Under the pieces are notes generated by a model. The model was given only the letters and a program-made list of their open reading frames with translations, was not told where the DNA came from and made no database searches. The position numbers and the translations under genes were made by a program. DNA of 64,000 nucleotides. Origin: Plasmodiophora brassicae (Eukaryota). Below, piece after piece: positions 45,360 through 57,412 of this stretch (position 1 is its first letter; every line of letters begins with the position of its first letter). Where the stretch lies: the NCBI GenBank assembly GCA_036867785.1, contig CP145419.1:992001-1056000 (forward strand), given 5' to 3'.

Positions 45360-45660
45360 TCCATTGCATGCGACACGCGCTGGACATCGGAACGGGACCC
45401 GTGCTCACACACGGCATGCAGGATGGTGTTCCCGCCCCGGTCCAGATTCGACGCCCAATCACATGGATTCCGGGTCACGTAGTCGATGAGCGACATGATA
45501 CCAAAGCCATTCCTGCGAATAATGTCGTACGCTTGATACACGGCCGTCATCCCATTGGCACTATGCGGATGCATCTGACCCGCCCGAGTCTGAAGCAGTT
45601 ACAGAAACAACAAACCGTTGTAGATAGATGGTAATCGATGGTGCAGGTCAAACAAGATCT
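45360..45660 (-). pseudogene. Fragment of F-box/ankyrin exon 2 (third copy)
   Basis: Homologous to 42207-42510 (NGMTAVYQAYDIIRRN...GNTILHAV). Confidence 0.85.
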
Positions 45661-45818
45661 ACTGGCCGGCGTAAGCGCTCGTCGGCTATAGGTCCGGTCG
45701 ACGAGTCGTCGACCGGACCTGCGCCCCACAATTAAACGTTGGATAACGTGTTGCATGTCGTCAACGGGACGTGCGGGACAGTCTGCGAAATCGGACGAGC
45801 GATAATTAAGGGTCGCTT

Positions 45819-46134
45819 AATGAAATCGAAATGGGAGCGCGAGTGTGACGAGGAGCAGGAGTGGCAGCGCAACGAGGCGGATGCGCTTGCCGAGTACCAT
45901 GCGACAAAGATGAAGGAGTGCACCAGGCGTTCATCGGCGAGCTGAAGCAGGTGACGCAGAAGATGATGGGCGATTACGCCGCGGAAGGGCGCGACACGCT
46001 GCCGATCGCCAGTGCCCTGTCCAAGAACGCCAGCCTGTGACACCCGCGGCGCACCACGTCGACATGGGGGCGATATCAAACGGTTCGAATACAAGCTGTC
46101 TGGACGGCACCACAACACGAAATACCATTGCTGT
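45819..46134 (+). pseudogene. Second degenerate 3' fragment of the TPH/CFAP210-like gene
   Basis: atgaaatcgaaatggga... matches 41174; 45927-46040 matches 41417-41530; internal deletions. Confidence 0.85.
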
Positions 46135-48793
46135 TCATTTAGGAAGGGGACATCCGACTGGCCTGGAGTGAACCTGGCCTTCCCTGGTTGGACCCACAGG
46201 CGGAGCACGCGACGACGCGCCGCTGGCAGTGCCATTCTGTTCACCTTGGGAATCCCGCCAGGCGTCCAACAGAAACTGAAGTTCGCGGGACGCCGGCAGG
46301 TGCACAATACGGGAACGAAGAACATCATATGGGCGCCGCCCAGCCGCATTCGTAACCGCCAGCACGTCCCGCCATTCCTTTGGCGACATCATTTGCTCCA
46401 TTGCATCGGTCACGAACTGAACATCGGAATGGGCCGGCTCGTGCTGATATACCGCATGCAGGATGGTGTTCCCGGCCAGGTCCAGATTTGACGCCCAGTT
46501 GCATGGGTTCAGGATCATGTAGTCGATGAGCGGCCCGATACCAAAGTCATTCCTGCGAATAATGTCGTACGCTTGGTGCACGGCAGTCTTCCCATTGGCA
46601 CTGTTCCGGTGCATCTGACCCTCCGGAGTCTGAAGCAGGTACAGAAACAGCACATCCTTGTGAATCTCTGCTAATCGATGATGCAGGTCAAACAAGATCT
46701 CCTGGTCCGCATACCCAATCAGGACACCGCCTTACTATTCTACAACCACGTACCTGATGGTGGCGCCCAGCCTCGCCCTTGCTCAGAGCGACATCGAGCG
46801 CTGTCCGGCCATTATGATCGCGTAGCGTTACTAGACGCAGGGCATCGTTCGACGAAATCGGGACGCACAGCAATGCCGACAGAAACTGCTGTGATCCGCA
46901 ATTTGATCCGATATCGTGCAGGACGGACCTACCGGAACCATCGACGGCCAATGTCAGGTTGGGACGGGCACCCACGAACCACTCCACAGCCTCGTGGCAG
47001 GACGAGGAAACGGCTACGTGGAGAACGGATTGGCCATCATTGTCCCGCGTGTCTAACAGTTCGGGGCGGCTGAGGACGAACTCGCGAGGCATCCGGGGAA
47101 GGCAGTATAGGTAGAAGAGCGTATGATGAAGAACCGTTTGGCCAAGGCGGTTCACGGCCGATGGCAGGGTGAGCCACGTGAACAGGACCTTGAACTCGCG
47201 ATCTGGTATAGGTGTATGGTGTGCAGCAAAGAGTTTGACGAAGTCGTTCGAGGAGCGGACCGCGATATCGAGAAACGTCCTTGCCTGATGATCTTTCTGA
47301 CATAAGAACTTCGCCGCAGCGCGTGATCCACGAAGATTCACCGACACTTCAAGAATCCGCTGGAATATCGTATTGTAACTTATGCTCCAACCGGTTGAGA
47401 TCATGACCTCAGCCAGAGCGTGAAGCGAAGTTCGCCCCAGACTGTCAGATTCCCAAGGGAACGTAACCGGGTTGCTGGATGAAACCACATATTCAAACAG
47501 TCGAAGCATTACGACAAGGCTTTGGAAGCGTGCCTGCAGTGGGAGGCGCGTCATCAACAGGCGTCGAAGACGGTTCAGGTTTCGCAGGACAGAGATCGAA
47601 GCGCCAACATAATCAATTATGGCGTTCAGAAGCGGCGTCCCAGGAAAGAACACATTTCTCAGACGAGTGAACAATTCAAAATGATCGGAGATGGCGAAAA
47701 ACCGACTAGAGATCATCATATTGTGCGGCAAGAGATGGTTGGTGACGATCAGTGGAAGCAGCTGCTTCGTGACGTCATCGGGACAACAGCGAAGTACTGT
47801 GTTGACGATGTCATCGGGTAACCGGGGAGCAGTCGTGAGGTGGTGGAAACGCTGTGCAAACGTGAGGGCGGCTCCGCAACGAAACTGGACCAGGTCGCGG
47901 AAATTCATGAAGCGCAATGGGATGGTTGGTGGAACGTCATCATCAAGTTGAATCAGCTGTACGGCGATATCGAGGCGAGTGGACCAGGGGATTAACCGCA
48001 TCTCTTCTTCATCGGGAACCAATCCGAATTGCCGGTACAATCGCACGATTTCCATAGCCGGCAGCGCGCGCATTAGCATGGAATAATCGATACCGTGCAG
48101 GATGAGGGACTCCTTCTTAGCGTCATCGGCAAGGACCCACATTTCCCACGTTACTTCACGCGCTTCTGCGTACAAAGGGTCGGCCAGGAGGTCCTTCACG
48201 TTCTCGAGTCGTGGCAATCTTTGGCGGATCGGATCATCCAATGGAATTTGGGCGACCACCGATCTCCCAAGGCACTGGACGCGGGCGTGTGTCCCCATTT
48301 TACGCGATTGTGCGCGAAAGAAAGCAGCGACAAGGAAGATTGGCTGGATAGCAACGCGGCGATACAAAGTTTGAATAGCGGCTTTGCACGTCTTAACCCG
48401 TATACAACCCTCACCTAGAGCCCTCAAAATCGTCGCAAGGACGTCGATTTTCGGGCACAGCTTTAGAGCATCGAGCGCTGCCCGCAGTGAATGCAAATCC
48501 TCGTCGCGCATTCCATTCAGCACGCCCACCAGGGAACTGGCTTGGTCATCTGTATCGAATTTCGGGAGTTTGGGGAGCATGATCTGGAACACGGATGCTC
48601 TGAACGCGTCACGCCAACTTCTCGATACGGCCGACACGGACACCAGGTCACGTTCCGGTAGATACTGTCGACAGATCGCGCCTTCGACGTCGGCGGGTAG
48701 ACCCTGCAGGACTTGCGCCGATGATGTTGACAAGAGAGCAAGCACATTGATTATCAACGCCGACCACGCCCATCGTCCAGTACCAGAGGCCAT
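46135..48793 (-). CDS. Secreted F-box + ankyrin repeat protein, copy 2 (intron 46702-46753)
   Basis: SP MASGTGRWAWSALIINVLALLSTSSA; F-box LPADVEGAICRQYL...LVSVSAVSRSWR; colinear paralog of 41964-44599. Confidence 0.85.
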
Positions 48794-49472
48794 CGCACAC
48801 GCAATCAAGTTGTACAGAATCGCAATTCCTGACGAACGCCACCTGTGCCGACCACACCGTGCGGCAGTGGCGACCAGCGAACAGAGCGGATCCAGCGAAC
48901 ACTCGTCCTGCGTAGGTATTAATTTTATCCGACAGGAGCTAAACTGAACCCAGAGCGGATACGGAAGACTGGGCCTCTCTGTTGACAAGAGAGTGAGCGC
49001 ATTCATGACCAATGCCGACATCCACACCCATCGACCAGCACAAGCCCCATCTCAACGCAGTACTCGACACCTGGTCGATCTTCCGGAAAGCGGCTTCTTC
49101 TGGCGAGGTACAGTAGGTAGTCGTGAGATTCCTCGAGCTCGATTCTGGTTAGAAGTCGCACCTGGAAACTTCGAATTTGAGGAAGCCGCTTCACCGGAAG
49201 ATCGGGGGGAGGGGACAATATTCGGCAGCGAGGATGTCGAATGCTGCGTTGAGAGGGCTGACGAGAACTTCCAGGATGGCAAAAGGTCCTTCGGAATGGC
49301 AAATCTGACACCGCCTTTCGTGTTGTGGCAGACAGCACAATCGGGACGTTCATGTGCACCACTTGGAAGCTGTCACACGAGCAACCTGCAATTCTTCAAT
49401 TTGAATACGTACCTCCATCATGGAAGCGAGCGGCTTTATTCATCTTGGTGCCCTGGACACATGCTAACAATA

Positions 49473-52340
49473 TTACGTCACATCGGAATCGTCGCCGTGG
49501 TCATCGTCGTCGTCCCAGCGTCCGATGGGCGATGTGGACGGACTGGACCACGTGCTGAGCGCTTCCCGGCCCTACAGCAAGGATCATAAGAAAACGGGCA
49601 AACACGCGAATTGTTGGTCTTAACGAACCCGGTCATCCTGGAAGCGTGGTTTCGCGGTCGACTCAGGCGGGCCTTTCGCGACCGCTTGCAGCCAGGGTGC
49701 GTTGCGCGCGTCGAACGCACCGTCACGCACCTTGTCGCGGACAACGGCTGACACGTCACACTGCCCAGGCAAAGGATTCAGCAAACCAAGAACGAACGAC
49801 CTGCTACGCGGGCGACGTACGGCGATGACATTGATGCAGTCGGAGGCCAGCGCGCGCACCTGTAGCGTCTGGTCGTGTTCGTGCAGGGCGATGAGCCGGT
49901 CCACTAAACCGGGCACGGACACCGTCACGATCCGCGTCTCGTCGTGCAGCAGGAACCGGTACACGCTGAACAGCGTCTGCAGGACGATCTCTTCGTCATC
50001 GCATTTCTCTACGTCCAGGTCAACCGACGTGCGCCTGGACGGTCATTGCGCAAGACGCCGTTACCCGTTAGGACGTCAGCCAGCAAGCGTACCAGGCGGG
50101 AGTTCGCCAGGATGATGGCCGACTTGGGGTCGCCGGCCAGCGTGCCCAGGACGATGACGACGGCGAGGATGATGTCGTCGTCGGTGAATCCGGGCACGAG
50201 CAGTTTGACGAGGAACTCGACGAAATCGGCGTGGGACAGGACCTTGGCGAACGGCACATCGGGGACGTCGACGCACCCGATCACGCCCAGCGCCTCGACG
50301 AGCAGGTCGTTCACCTGCGCCCGTTTCGCCATCGCCATGAAATCGTGCACGTGCCGCGCCAGGTGCTCCTTCACCTAAGGACGACGCTGAGAACACACAG
50401 ACACCCCAGGGGCAGCCGAAGTACAACACGACGAACCTTCCCAGGGTGCACGGCCAGATTGTGCACCATCTTTACCAGCATCGCATCGTTCGTCGTGACA
50501 GCGCGTTTCACGAGCGCCGACAGCGTGTCGCGATCGCAGAACGCGGCGGCCGACACTGGGTTCGCGCTCAGGTTGACAGCGAGGGCGATCAGCTCCGGCG
50601 TGATCAGCCTCGTTGTCGTCGCCAGGATCGCGGTGGCCACCAAAGGCGTCGCCGACGCCAACACCTCCCTGCCGTCCACGTCCAGCGATACGTTGTACAA
50701 CAGCTTCACCGCAGCCATCATCGTGTCCACGTCCGGGTCCCGCAGAGCCTAACACGGTTTCTTCAACCTCGGCCATTCCTTCAGGGGTCTACTCGAAACA
50801 GCCAGCCCCTAAAGACGGGCCTACAGAGTCGCGCACAGTAGGATGTGCGCGACTTGCAGCGCCGGGCCGGTCTTTTGGGGGCCGGCCGTTTCCTGTCGGC
50901 CCCTGTTCCATTCGATGATCACCACTGACCTGGATCGCGGACGCGATGATCGCGTTGTGTGCTGCGATGGCGCGTCGCAGATCGCTGTGGAACGTCAGGT
51001 TGAACAGCAGGCGCAGCGCGGCGAGCGTCACCGGTGCGCTGGGTGCCCCGTTGAACACAACGCCGACGGTGCGGACGGCGTCGAGGTCCGCCATGGCGGC
51101 CACGTTCTCCTTGAGAACGCTGAGCTTCTTCAGGAACGTCAGGACGAGGACCTGGAGCTGCGTCACGGACCGCGGCTCGGCGCTGCCGACCCGGCCGAGC
51201 GCGCCCAGCAGGTACCGGACGATGTCGCGGTTGACCATCTTGACTTCGATCTGCAGATCCTCGGCCATGTTCATCAGAATGTAGAACGCGACGAACAGGA
51301 GGCGTTCCTGGCGCGCGAGGAACGTCCGCTTCGCGGCGACGCCGTCCGCCGCCATCTCGTAGCGCTTGCATTCCAGGTCCACGATGCGCATCGTCGTGTC
51401 GCCGATCTTGCTGTCCAGCAGGATATAATGCAAGGCCGAATAGTTCGACAGGCAGCGGAACACGTCGAGGACGGTCGTGACCAGATCCGTGTTCTTCTTG
51501 CGGTTCTCGTTCAGCACGCGGGCCAGCGCCCCGATCGTCGTCGGATTCCCCGCGATCGCCTCGACGTTGTCCCTCTGCTGAACCAGCTGCAGAATCATTG
51601 CCGCGCCACGCGTGATCTCCTCAGGCGCCTCCTCGTACAGCAGCTCCAGGTACGCGTCCAGGTCCTCCGTCGACGCCTTCGGCCCCGAGTTCCTCTTCTT
51701 TCCCTTCCGCTTCACTGGTGCCGCCGGTTCCGGTGCAGGTGCCGCTGGCTCAGGAGGCGCCGTCGCAGCCAGGGGCTTCGGCGTCTGCTCCCGCGCCGTC
51801 GTCGGCGCGCGCTTTGCAGCCGCCGGAGCCGGTTTGGGCTCGTGAACGTCTTTGCGTTTGTGCACGGGAGCCTCGCCGTCGTCGCTATCGTCGCTGTCTT
51901 CGTCGACGTCGTCGCCATCGCTGAGTTTGCCTTCGGGCGGGTCGACGTCGGCGGCCGTTTGGGCGCTCGCCAAGCGTGTTTGGAGCTGACGGAGCAGGTC
52001 CTCAACGAAGGCCACCTTGGACGGATGGATGTACTTGCATTTGGCGACGATCTCGGCGGCTACTGTCGCCGCGTTCGACGTCGCCGAGAACGACTTGAGT
52101 GTGATCCTGCAATGGGGCGTCAGGAGAGTGCATGAACGGCGGGCGAACAGCCGCGCACCGTTTCTGGGATGGTGTCCGGCTAACGACATTGTTGGAGGCA
52201 TCGATCAGCTGAGTCTCGATGTTGACGATAAGGGCGGCGTCGGTGATGTCGAGGACGATACTGCCTGGCTTGACCTTCTTCTTGAACGACGAAGCCGCGG
52301 CGGCGGCGGCGGGTGTGCCGGCCACGTCAGCCGACGTCAT
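49473..52340 (-). CDS. KIFAP3: Kinesin-associated protein 3 (kinesin-2 non-motor subunit, KAP3/FLA3), multi-exon
   Basis: KKKVKPGSI, CKYIHPSK, LDAYLELLYE, RQERLLFVAFYILMNMAEDLQIEVKM, FLKKLS, LLFNLTF, VEALG, DDEEIV. Confidence 0.92.
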
Positions 52341-52400
52341 CTACACTAACGGTAGATCGCGATCCATGCGGCCGTCACAGTGTACGGCAGGGAATGCCGT

Positions 52401-52883
52401 TTATATCTGCATGGCCGAGTCGTCCGGGACGCCAGGCAGGTTGAACTGGAACCCTGGCAGGACGTCCGCAGCGGCGTCGGCGGCGTTCGACGTTGCGTCG
52501 TTCTTGTCGTTGACGGGTTCGGCAAGGCGCTCGATCTCGGCGGCGTGTCGAGCCCGGAGATCGTCTTCCAGCTTGCGGATGTCGCGCACCAGTTGTCGTC
52601 GCGCCTCCTTCTGCCCAGGGACCTTCTTGCTGAGCCGCTTCCTGGATACTCAACTTAGGAACCAGATGCGTAAAACGGTGCCGGTTGTCTCGTACACATC
52701 AACCTGCATCGACGCGATCGTCGCCTTCAGCTCACGGCATTCGCGCTTGTGGCGTTGGAGGATGCGCCCTCGGTGCGTGACGTCGAGGTCGATCCGCTGC
52801 ACGTCAATCTCGGCCTGCAGCGGCCTCTCGTACGGTGTTCGCCGACCTTTCCGGCCCTTCCGCCTGCGGATTGGTTGAACCAT
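52401..52883 (-). CDS. Small basic helical protein resembling the OTUD6B/Otu2 N-terminal region, 2 exons
   Basis: LQRHKRECRELKATIASMQ...KKVPGQKEARRQLVRDIRKLEDDLRARHAAEI. Confidence 0.6.
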
Positions 52884-53008
52884 CACGCTCTGCGTCCTGG
52901 CTTCAACGCCCAGCAGCAGTCGAGCGTGGCTCAGTGGCGGAGTCGGGAGCGTCCCGCGACGAGTGAGCGTGGCGACGGAACCGGACGCAGCTTCGACTGG
53001 CGCACATT

Positions 53009-53617
53009 TCACGGCAAATTTCGCACTGCGTGCGCCTGGAGGACTGCATCGGGAATGAATACGACGTGTGTTACTGGGAGCTTGTCAGTTCCAGGTTTTC
53101 GACCGAGTTCCGTCGTGGTGCTGTTTGGGGGCGTGCTGTTGTTGCGCTGCCCTTTGTATTGTCTGCGGTGGTGGTTGCCCCCGGGTTTGGGAACTTCGGT
53201 AACAGGCGTCATACACTGGGACGAGCACAGCTTAGGCGTCATAAACAGCGACGATACACAGCTTTGGGGTTGTGCGAGGGTTTCGCCGATGGAGGCGCAG
53301 TCCTCTCCGAGGCGTTGTACTGTGTCGTTTGGAGTACCTTGTCTGCCCTTCTTTGGCGGCCCGGGAGATGTCTTTGTGGTGTCCGGGTTCCTGCCTTTAT
53401 TGATGTTAGCTGTGGTATTACCAGTAGTTTGTGCCGTACTGGTCGATGAGTTGGATTTCGTGTGGGGTCCAGGCACATCATCAAGCGCGGCGCAGCGGGC
53501 ACTGTTCGTAGAAGTAACCGTGTGTTGCACGTGACGCACCGTACCAGTGTTTCTTGGCAGCGTTCGTGTCATCATCCAGCGGGCAGAGTCTTGTGCTGTG
53601 GCTCTCGCCCCACCCAT
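53009..53617 (-). CDS. Hypothetical T/N/P-rich, Cys-containing protein; start uncertain
   Basis: 202-aa ORF with compositional bias and a candidate intron near 53503-53545. Confidence 0.35.
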   Translation of the reverse strand: MGGARATAQDSARWMMTRTLPRNTGTVRHVQHTVTSTNSARCAALDDVPGPHTKSNSSTSTAQTTGNTTANINKGRNPDTTKTSPGPPKKGRQGTPNDTVQRLGEDCASIGETLAQPQSCVSSLFMTPKLCSSQCMTPVTEVPKPGGNHHRRQYKGQRNNSTPPNSTTTELGRKPGTDKLPVTHVVFIPDAVLQAHAVRNLP

Positions 53618-54085
53618 ATTATCGCCGTTTGCGCCCTTCCTCCCTGTTCATCAGCGTCACGAACGCGGACCAGGCCGAGCACCCGAACCGCCCGATGATG
53701 ACGTTCGTCCGAATTGCTAAGATCCAGGTCCAAAGGACGTGAATGCATGCACGAATGCTCAGATATGCGCGAAACCCGCGAACCGCGGCACTCTGACAGT
53801 TCCCGGTACCGTGACGCGACGCCCTATCTGAAAAGGATACAACCGCATAAATTCCATTCCATTCCAGCGAGATGCACCGCCTCATGACAACTTCTCGATC
53901 GGATCGCTGTTCGAACTCGCCGAACCACACAGTTGTTGTGATAAGTCCTGTACGCGATGTTCAGCTCTACCTCGATTTAAATTTAGGAGTCCACTTCAAC
54001 TAAGAATAGCACGCCTAACCGTCAGGCCAGGTTTAGCTGCAGTCTCTCGGGCAGTCCAGTCCGGCGAACGAAGGGTTCGGTAGAC

Positions 54086-54590
54086 ATGGACGAGCGGGCG
54101 GCGGCTGCCCGCCCGATGAACGGATACCTCTTCAAAGCGCCGAAATCGAAAAAGAAGGATGTCGTACGGAAGGGATGGACGCAACGGTTGAGCGATCGAC
54201 GCGGAGACTATGCCGACCGACGCGCGACTGACTCCTTCCATAGGTACTTCGTCATTCAAGGCGGCAAGCTGTTATACTTTAAGGTCCGGTCTCCACACTG
54301 CTGGCGTTGCGATTCGCGATAAACCGCATTGGCAGAGGAAGAGCGACATCACCGTCAAGGGCGAATTCGACCTATCGACCGGGCCCACCGTCTACGGGAA
54401 CGTGGACGCGGCCACCGGCAAGGAGTTCACGTTCAAGATCGTGTCGGGCGAGTCGGACCTCGCCCTGTACCTGCGGGCCATGTCCGCCGACGACCGCGAC
54501 CAATGGGTCCGCGCCCTCCGCCGGGCCGGATGCGCCCTCGCCGCCGCCGACGACGACGACAGGTCCTCATCACCACCCGCCGCCCCCTGA
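54086..54590 (+). CDS. Small PH-domain protein, 3 exons
   Basis: GYLFK...RYFVIQGGKLLYFK|...KGEFDL...FTFKI...LYLRAMSADDRDQWVRALR. Confidence 0.9.
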
Positions 54591-54645
54591 ACCATAAACA
54601 ATATAACGAAATGACGCCTCGCCCGCTGGCACCCGCCCATCCAAC

Positions 54646-54831
54646 CAGCCACGCCCTGCAGCTGCATCAAGTACAGCCACTCACTGCAGCTGCGTCGAGT
54701 ACAGTCACGCCCTGCAGCTGTACAGTCACGCCCTGCAGCTGTACAGTCACGCCCTGCAGCTGTACAGTCACGCCCTGCAGCTGCGTCGAGTACAGTCACG
54801 CCCTGCAGCTGCATCGAGTACAGTCACGCCC
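54646..54831. repeat. Minisatellite of mixed 21-bp and 28-bp units (~8 copies)
   Basis: tacagtcacgccctgcagctg with or without c(g/a)tcgag. Confidence 0.93.
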
Positions 54832-54951
54832 CCCCCTCATAATTCATGTTGCCCCAGAATCGATTTTGTGAGCGTCGGCAGCAGGCAGCGTTGTGTTGGG
54901 CCGTCGGTGCGACTGCGCGGCGCGGTCCGCGGCGCGCGCGCGTCAGCGTCG

Positions 54952-56698
54952 ATGGCGGAGGAGTGGCCCGGCCAGGCCGAGTTGCACGCCCGCCTGCGCG
55001 CGCTGAACGGCATATCGTCGTCCAAGATCGCGTCGATCGCCGCACTGGCCGTACGCAGCGCCAAGGTACGGAGGCGCGTCGGGCGCGGCGCCCGTGTCCC
55101 TCCCCCCCTGACCGGCCGCTGCGTTTCCCAGTTCTACAAGTTCATCGTGCACGCGATCGAGCGGCACATTCGCCACGGAGACAAGGCGTCGAAGCTGCAG
55201 GGCTTCTGCATCATCGATGCGATCCTGCGTAGGGCCAGAGAGTCGCTGGGCGACAAGAGCCCGTTCCCGGAGCGGTTCGCCAAGAACTTGGACAGGACCC
55301 TGGACGAGGCGCTCGAATGCGACCCCGACGACAGGGTACTACTGCGTTCGCCTTGCGTGTGCCCTCCCGCTTACTGCTGTGCGATTCAGAACAAAGTGTT
55401 CCGGATCGTTCGCATCTGGGAGTCGTCGGGCGTGTTCGGCGAGGACGGCCAGGCGACGATTCGGAGAAAGCTGGCCGACCTGCGCCTGAAGGATCCCTCC
55501 ATGGGACAGCCGCCCGCCCCGCAGAACGTTGCCGAACCGACGTCGCGGCTGCTGGACAGTATCGGGCAATTCACCGCCCGACAGTCGGCGCCGCCCGTCG
55601 TCGTCGAAGTGCAGGACGATTTCGACTACGGCGATGACTCGGACGAGGACGACGAAGCGCGCAAGGCGGCCCAGCTGCGGCGGCTCGAAGAGCAACGGAA
55701 ACGGCTCGAAGCCAGCATGGCGGAAGAGAGGGCAAAGCAGGAAGCGGCGGCGCGTGCTGCGACACCACCGGCGCCGGCGCCGCCCCCGCCTCAACCTGAA
55801 CCTGTGCCCCCGCCTCCACCTGAAACGGCAGCACCGGCCTCGATCGGGATACCTCCGTACCCGGCGCCGCTCGGCTTCGTGTACGACCCGGACCAGACGA
55901 ACGTCGCCGCAGGTCAGTCGCGCGAGGAGCCGCCCCGGGCGAAACGATTCTGAACGTTTCGCAGGAACGGTCCGCGTGATCTCATCGACTGTCTACATTG
56001 GGGCGTTGCCGAGCGGGATAACGGCGCCGGAAGTTCGCGCCCAGATCGAGCCGTACGGGCCCGTTGACGATGTTCGCGTCGTGAACGGCGGCGCTGCGGG
56101 CGAGAACGCGTTCGTCAGGTACCCGAGCCGGGAGGCCGCCGAACGGGCGCGCGAACTGATACGCCAGGCGTACCCGACGTACAAGCTCGGCTGGGGCAAA
56201 GGCGTCGGCGTGAACCGCGACGAGTTCGACATCCGCACCGGCGTCGGGTTCGTCAACGAGCAGACGCTGATCCAGATCCAGCAGCAGCGGTCGTCGTCGA
56301 TGCGACCGCCCAGGGGTGCACCGCCCCCGCACCGGCCTCCCTATCGGCAATACCAACCATCGTTCCCACCTCCGCCTCAAAGGCCACCGGCGACGTCCTC
56401 GTACCCGCCCTACGCGTACCCATTCCCGGGTGGGATGCCGCCACCTCCTCCCCCATCGCAAGGCTGGATGGCACAACAGCGACCGCCACCGCCACCACCT
56501 CCACCTGCAAGAACCAGCGCGCTGGAGGCGACCGCAGCCGCCTGGCTCGATGAGCAACTGGGCGGCGGGACGACACCGAAGCGGCTCGCAGGCGATGCGA
56601 CGGTGTCGGGACGGCCGTCGGGCAAGCGGTCGCGATTCGACCAGCCATCGCGCTCGCCGACAAGGCACCCGGACCCGCCGTACCCGCCGCCCCGTTAA
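54952..56698 (+). CDS. CID + RRM protein (Nrd1/Seb1/SCAF4/8-like), multi-exon
   Basis: GISSSKI...KLQGFCIIDAI...IVRIW (CID); VISSTVYIGAL...AFVRYPSREAAERA...KLGWGKG (RRM); Pro-rich tail. Confidence 0.88.
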
Positions 56699-56852
56699 TC
56701 TCCCATCAACGACTGTCATACATTATTCATCCAGTGGTGTTTGATATCAGACGTAGCGGGAGACGTCCCGAGCCGGCCTTGTCTGTGGGTTCCCCGTCGG
56801 TGCCGCCGAATGTCCGGGGCTGCAGCCACGGACAAAACTGGCGTCGCCCGTC

Positions 56853-57172
56853 ATGAGCCGGAACCCGTCGCCGTCCGTCACGTTCGCACTGGACGACCTG
56901 GAACGCGAAGCCGCCCTGCTGCAAGATGTTCGCGGGATGCTGCACGATCAGCTGTCAGCCCTCGAGGTACCGATCGCCATGCGCGCATGTATCGCCCTGG
57001 TTGGCTGAAGCGGCCGCAGGAGGATGAGCGTCGCTTGCGAACGATCCTGTCGCCGCTGGGCCCGGGTCCCGCCGGCCAGCAGCCCCGATCTCCACAGGGT
57101 ATGCCTGCCAGCGAATTGCACGCTGTTAGGTCCCTAATTGATACGATCCTCGCTGAACGGAAGGCCAATTAA
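56853..57172 (+). CDS. SNAPC5 (SNAP19)-like small coiled-coil protein, 2 exons (intron 56967-57019)
   Basis: LDDLEREAALLQDVRGMLHDQLSALE|EDERRLRTILS. Confidence 0.5.
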
Positions 57173-57412
57173 TAAAACGCCTCGGCCATGTGACAGCCAA
57201 AGACACACACGAACAGTCGTATCTAATGCCCTGGCGGGTGCCGGTGAATGCGAATCTTCGCGTGCTCGCCATATTGCAATAACAGATAGCCCGAGCAACC
57301 TAGCCCGAGCAGCCTACCCGAAACAGCTTCCAGAAACGGGACGGGGCAACTTCAGCTCCGGGCAACAGTCGCTTCGTTCGATCCTTCTCGTTACAATCAC
57401 ACGGCGCTATTC

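Noticed and set aside
42554-45574. 1006-aa ORF as a single chimeric protein
   Set aside because: The first ~325 codons run through decayed ANK, antisense CFAP and out-of-frame KAP3 fragments. The paralog at 48793 supports the SP-bearing ATG at 44599 as the real start.
48993-49589. + strand 198-aa ORF with a hydrophobic, SP-like stretch
   Set aside because: The hydrophobic part is the antisense of KAP3's acidic last exon; no independent support.
54646-54831. CRISPR-like array
   Set aside because: No unique spacers, no cas genes, eukaryotic context; it is a minisatellite.
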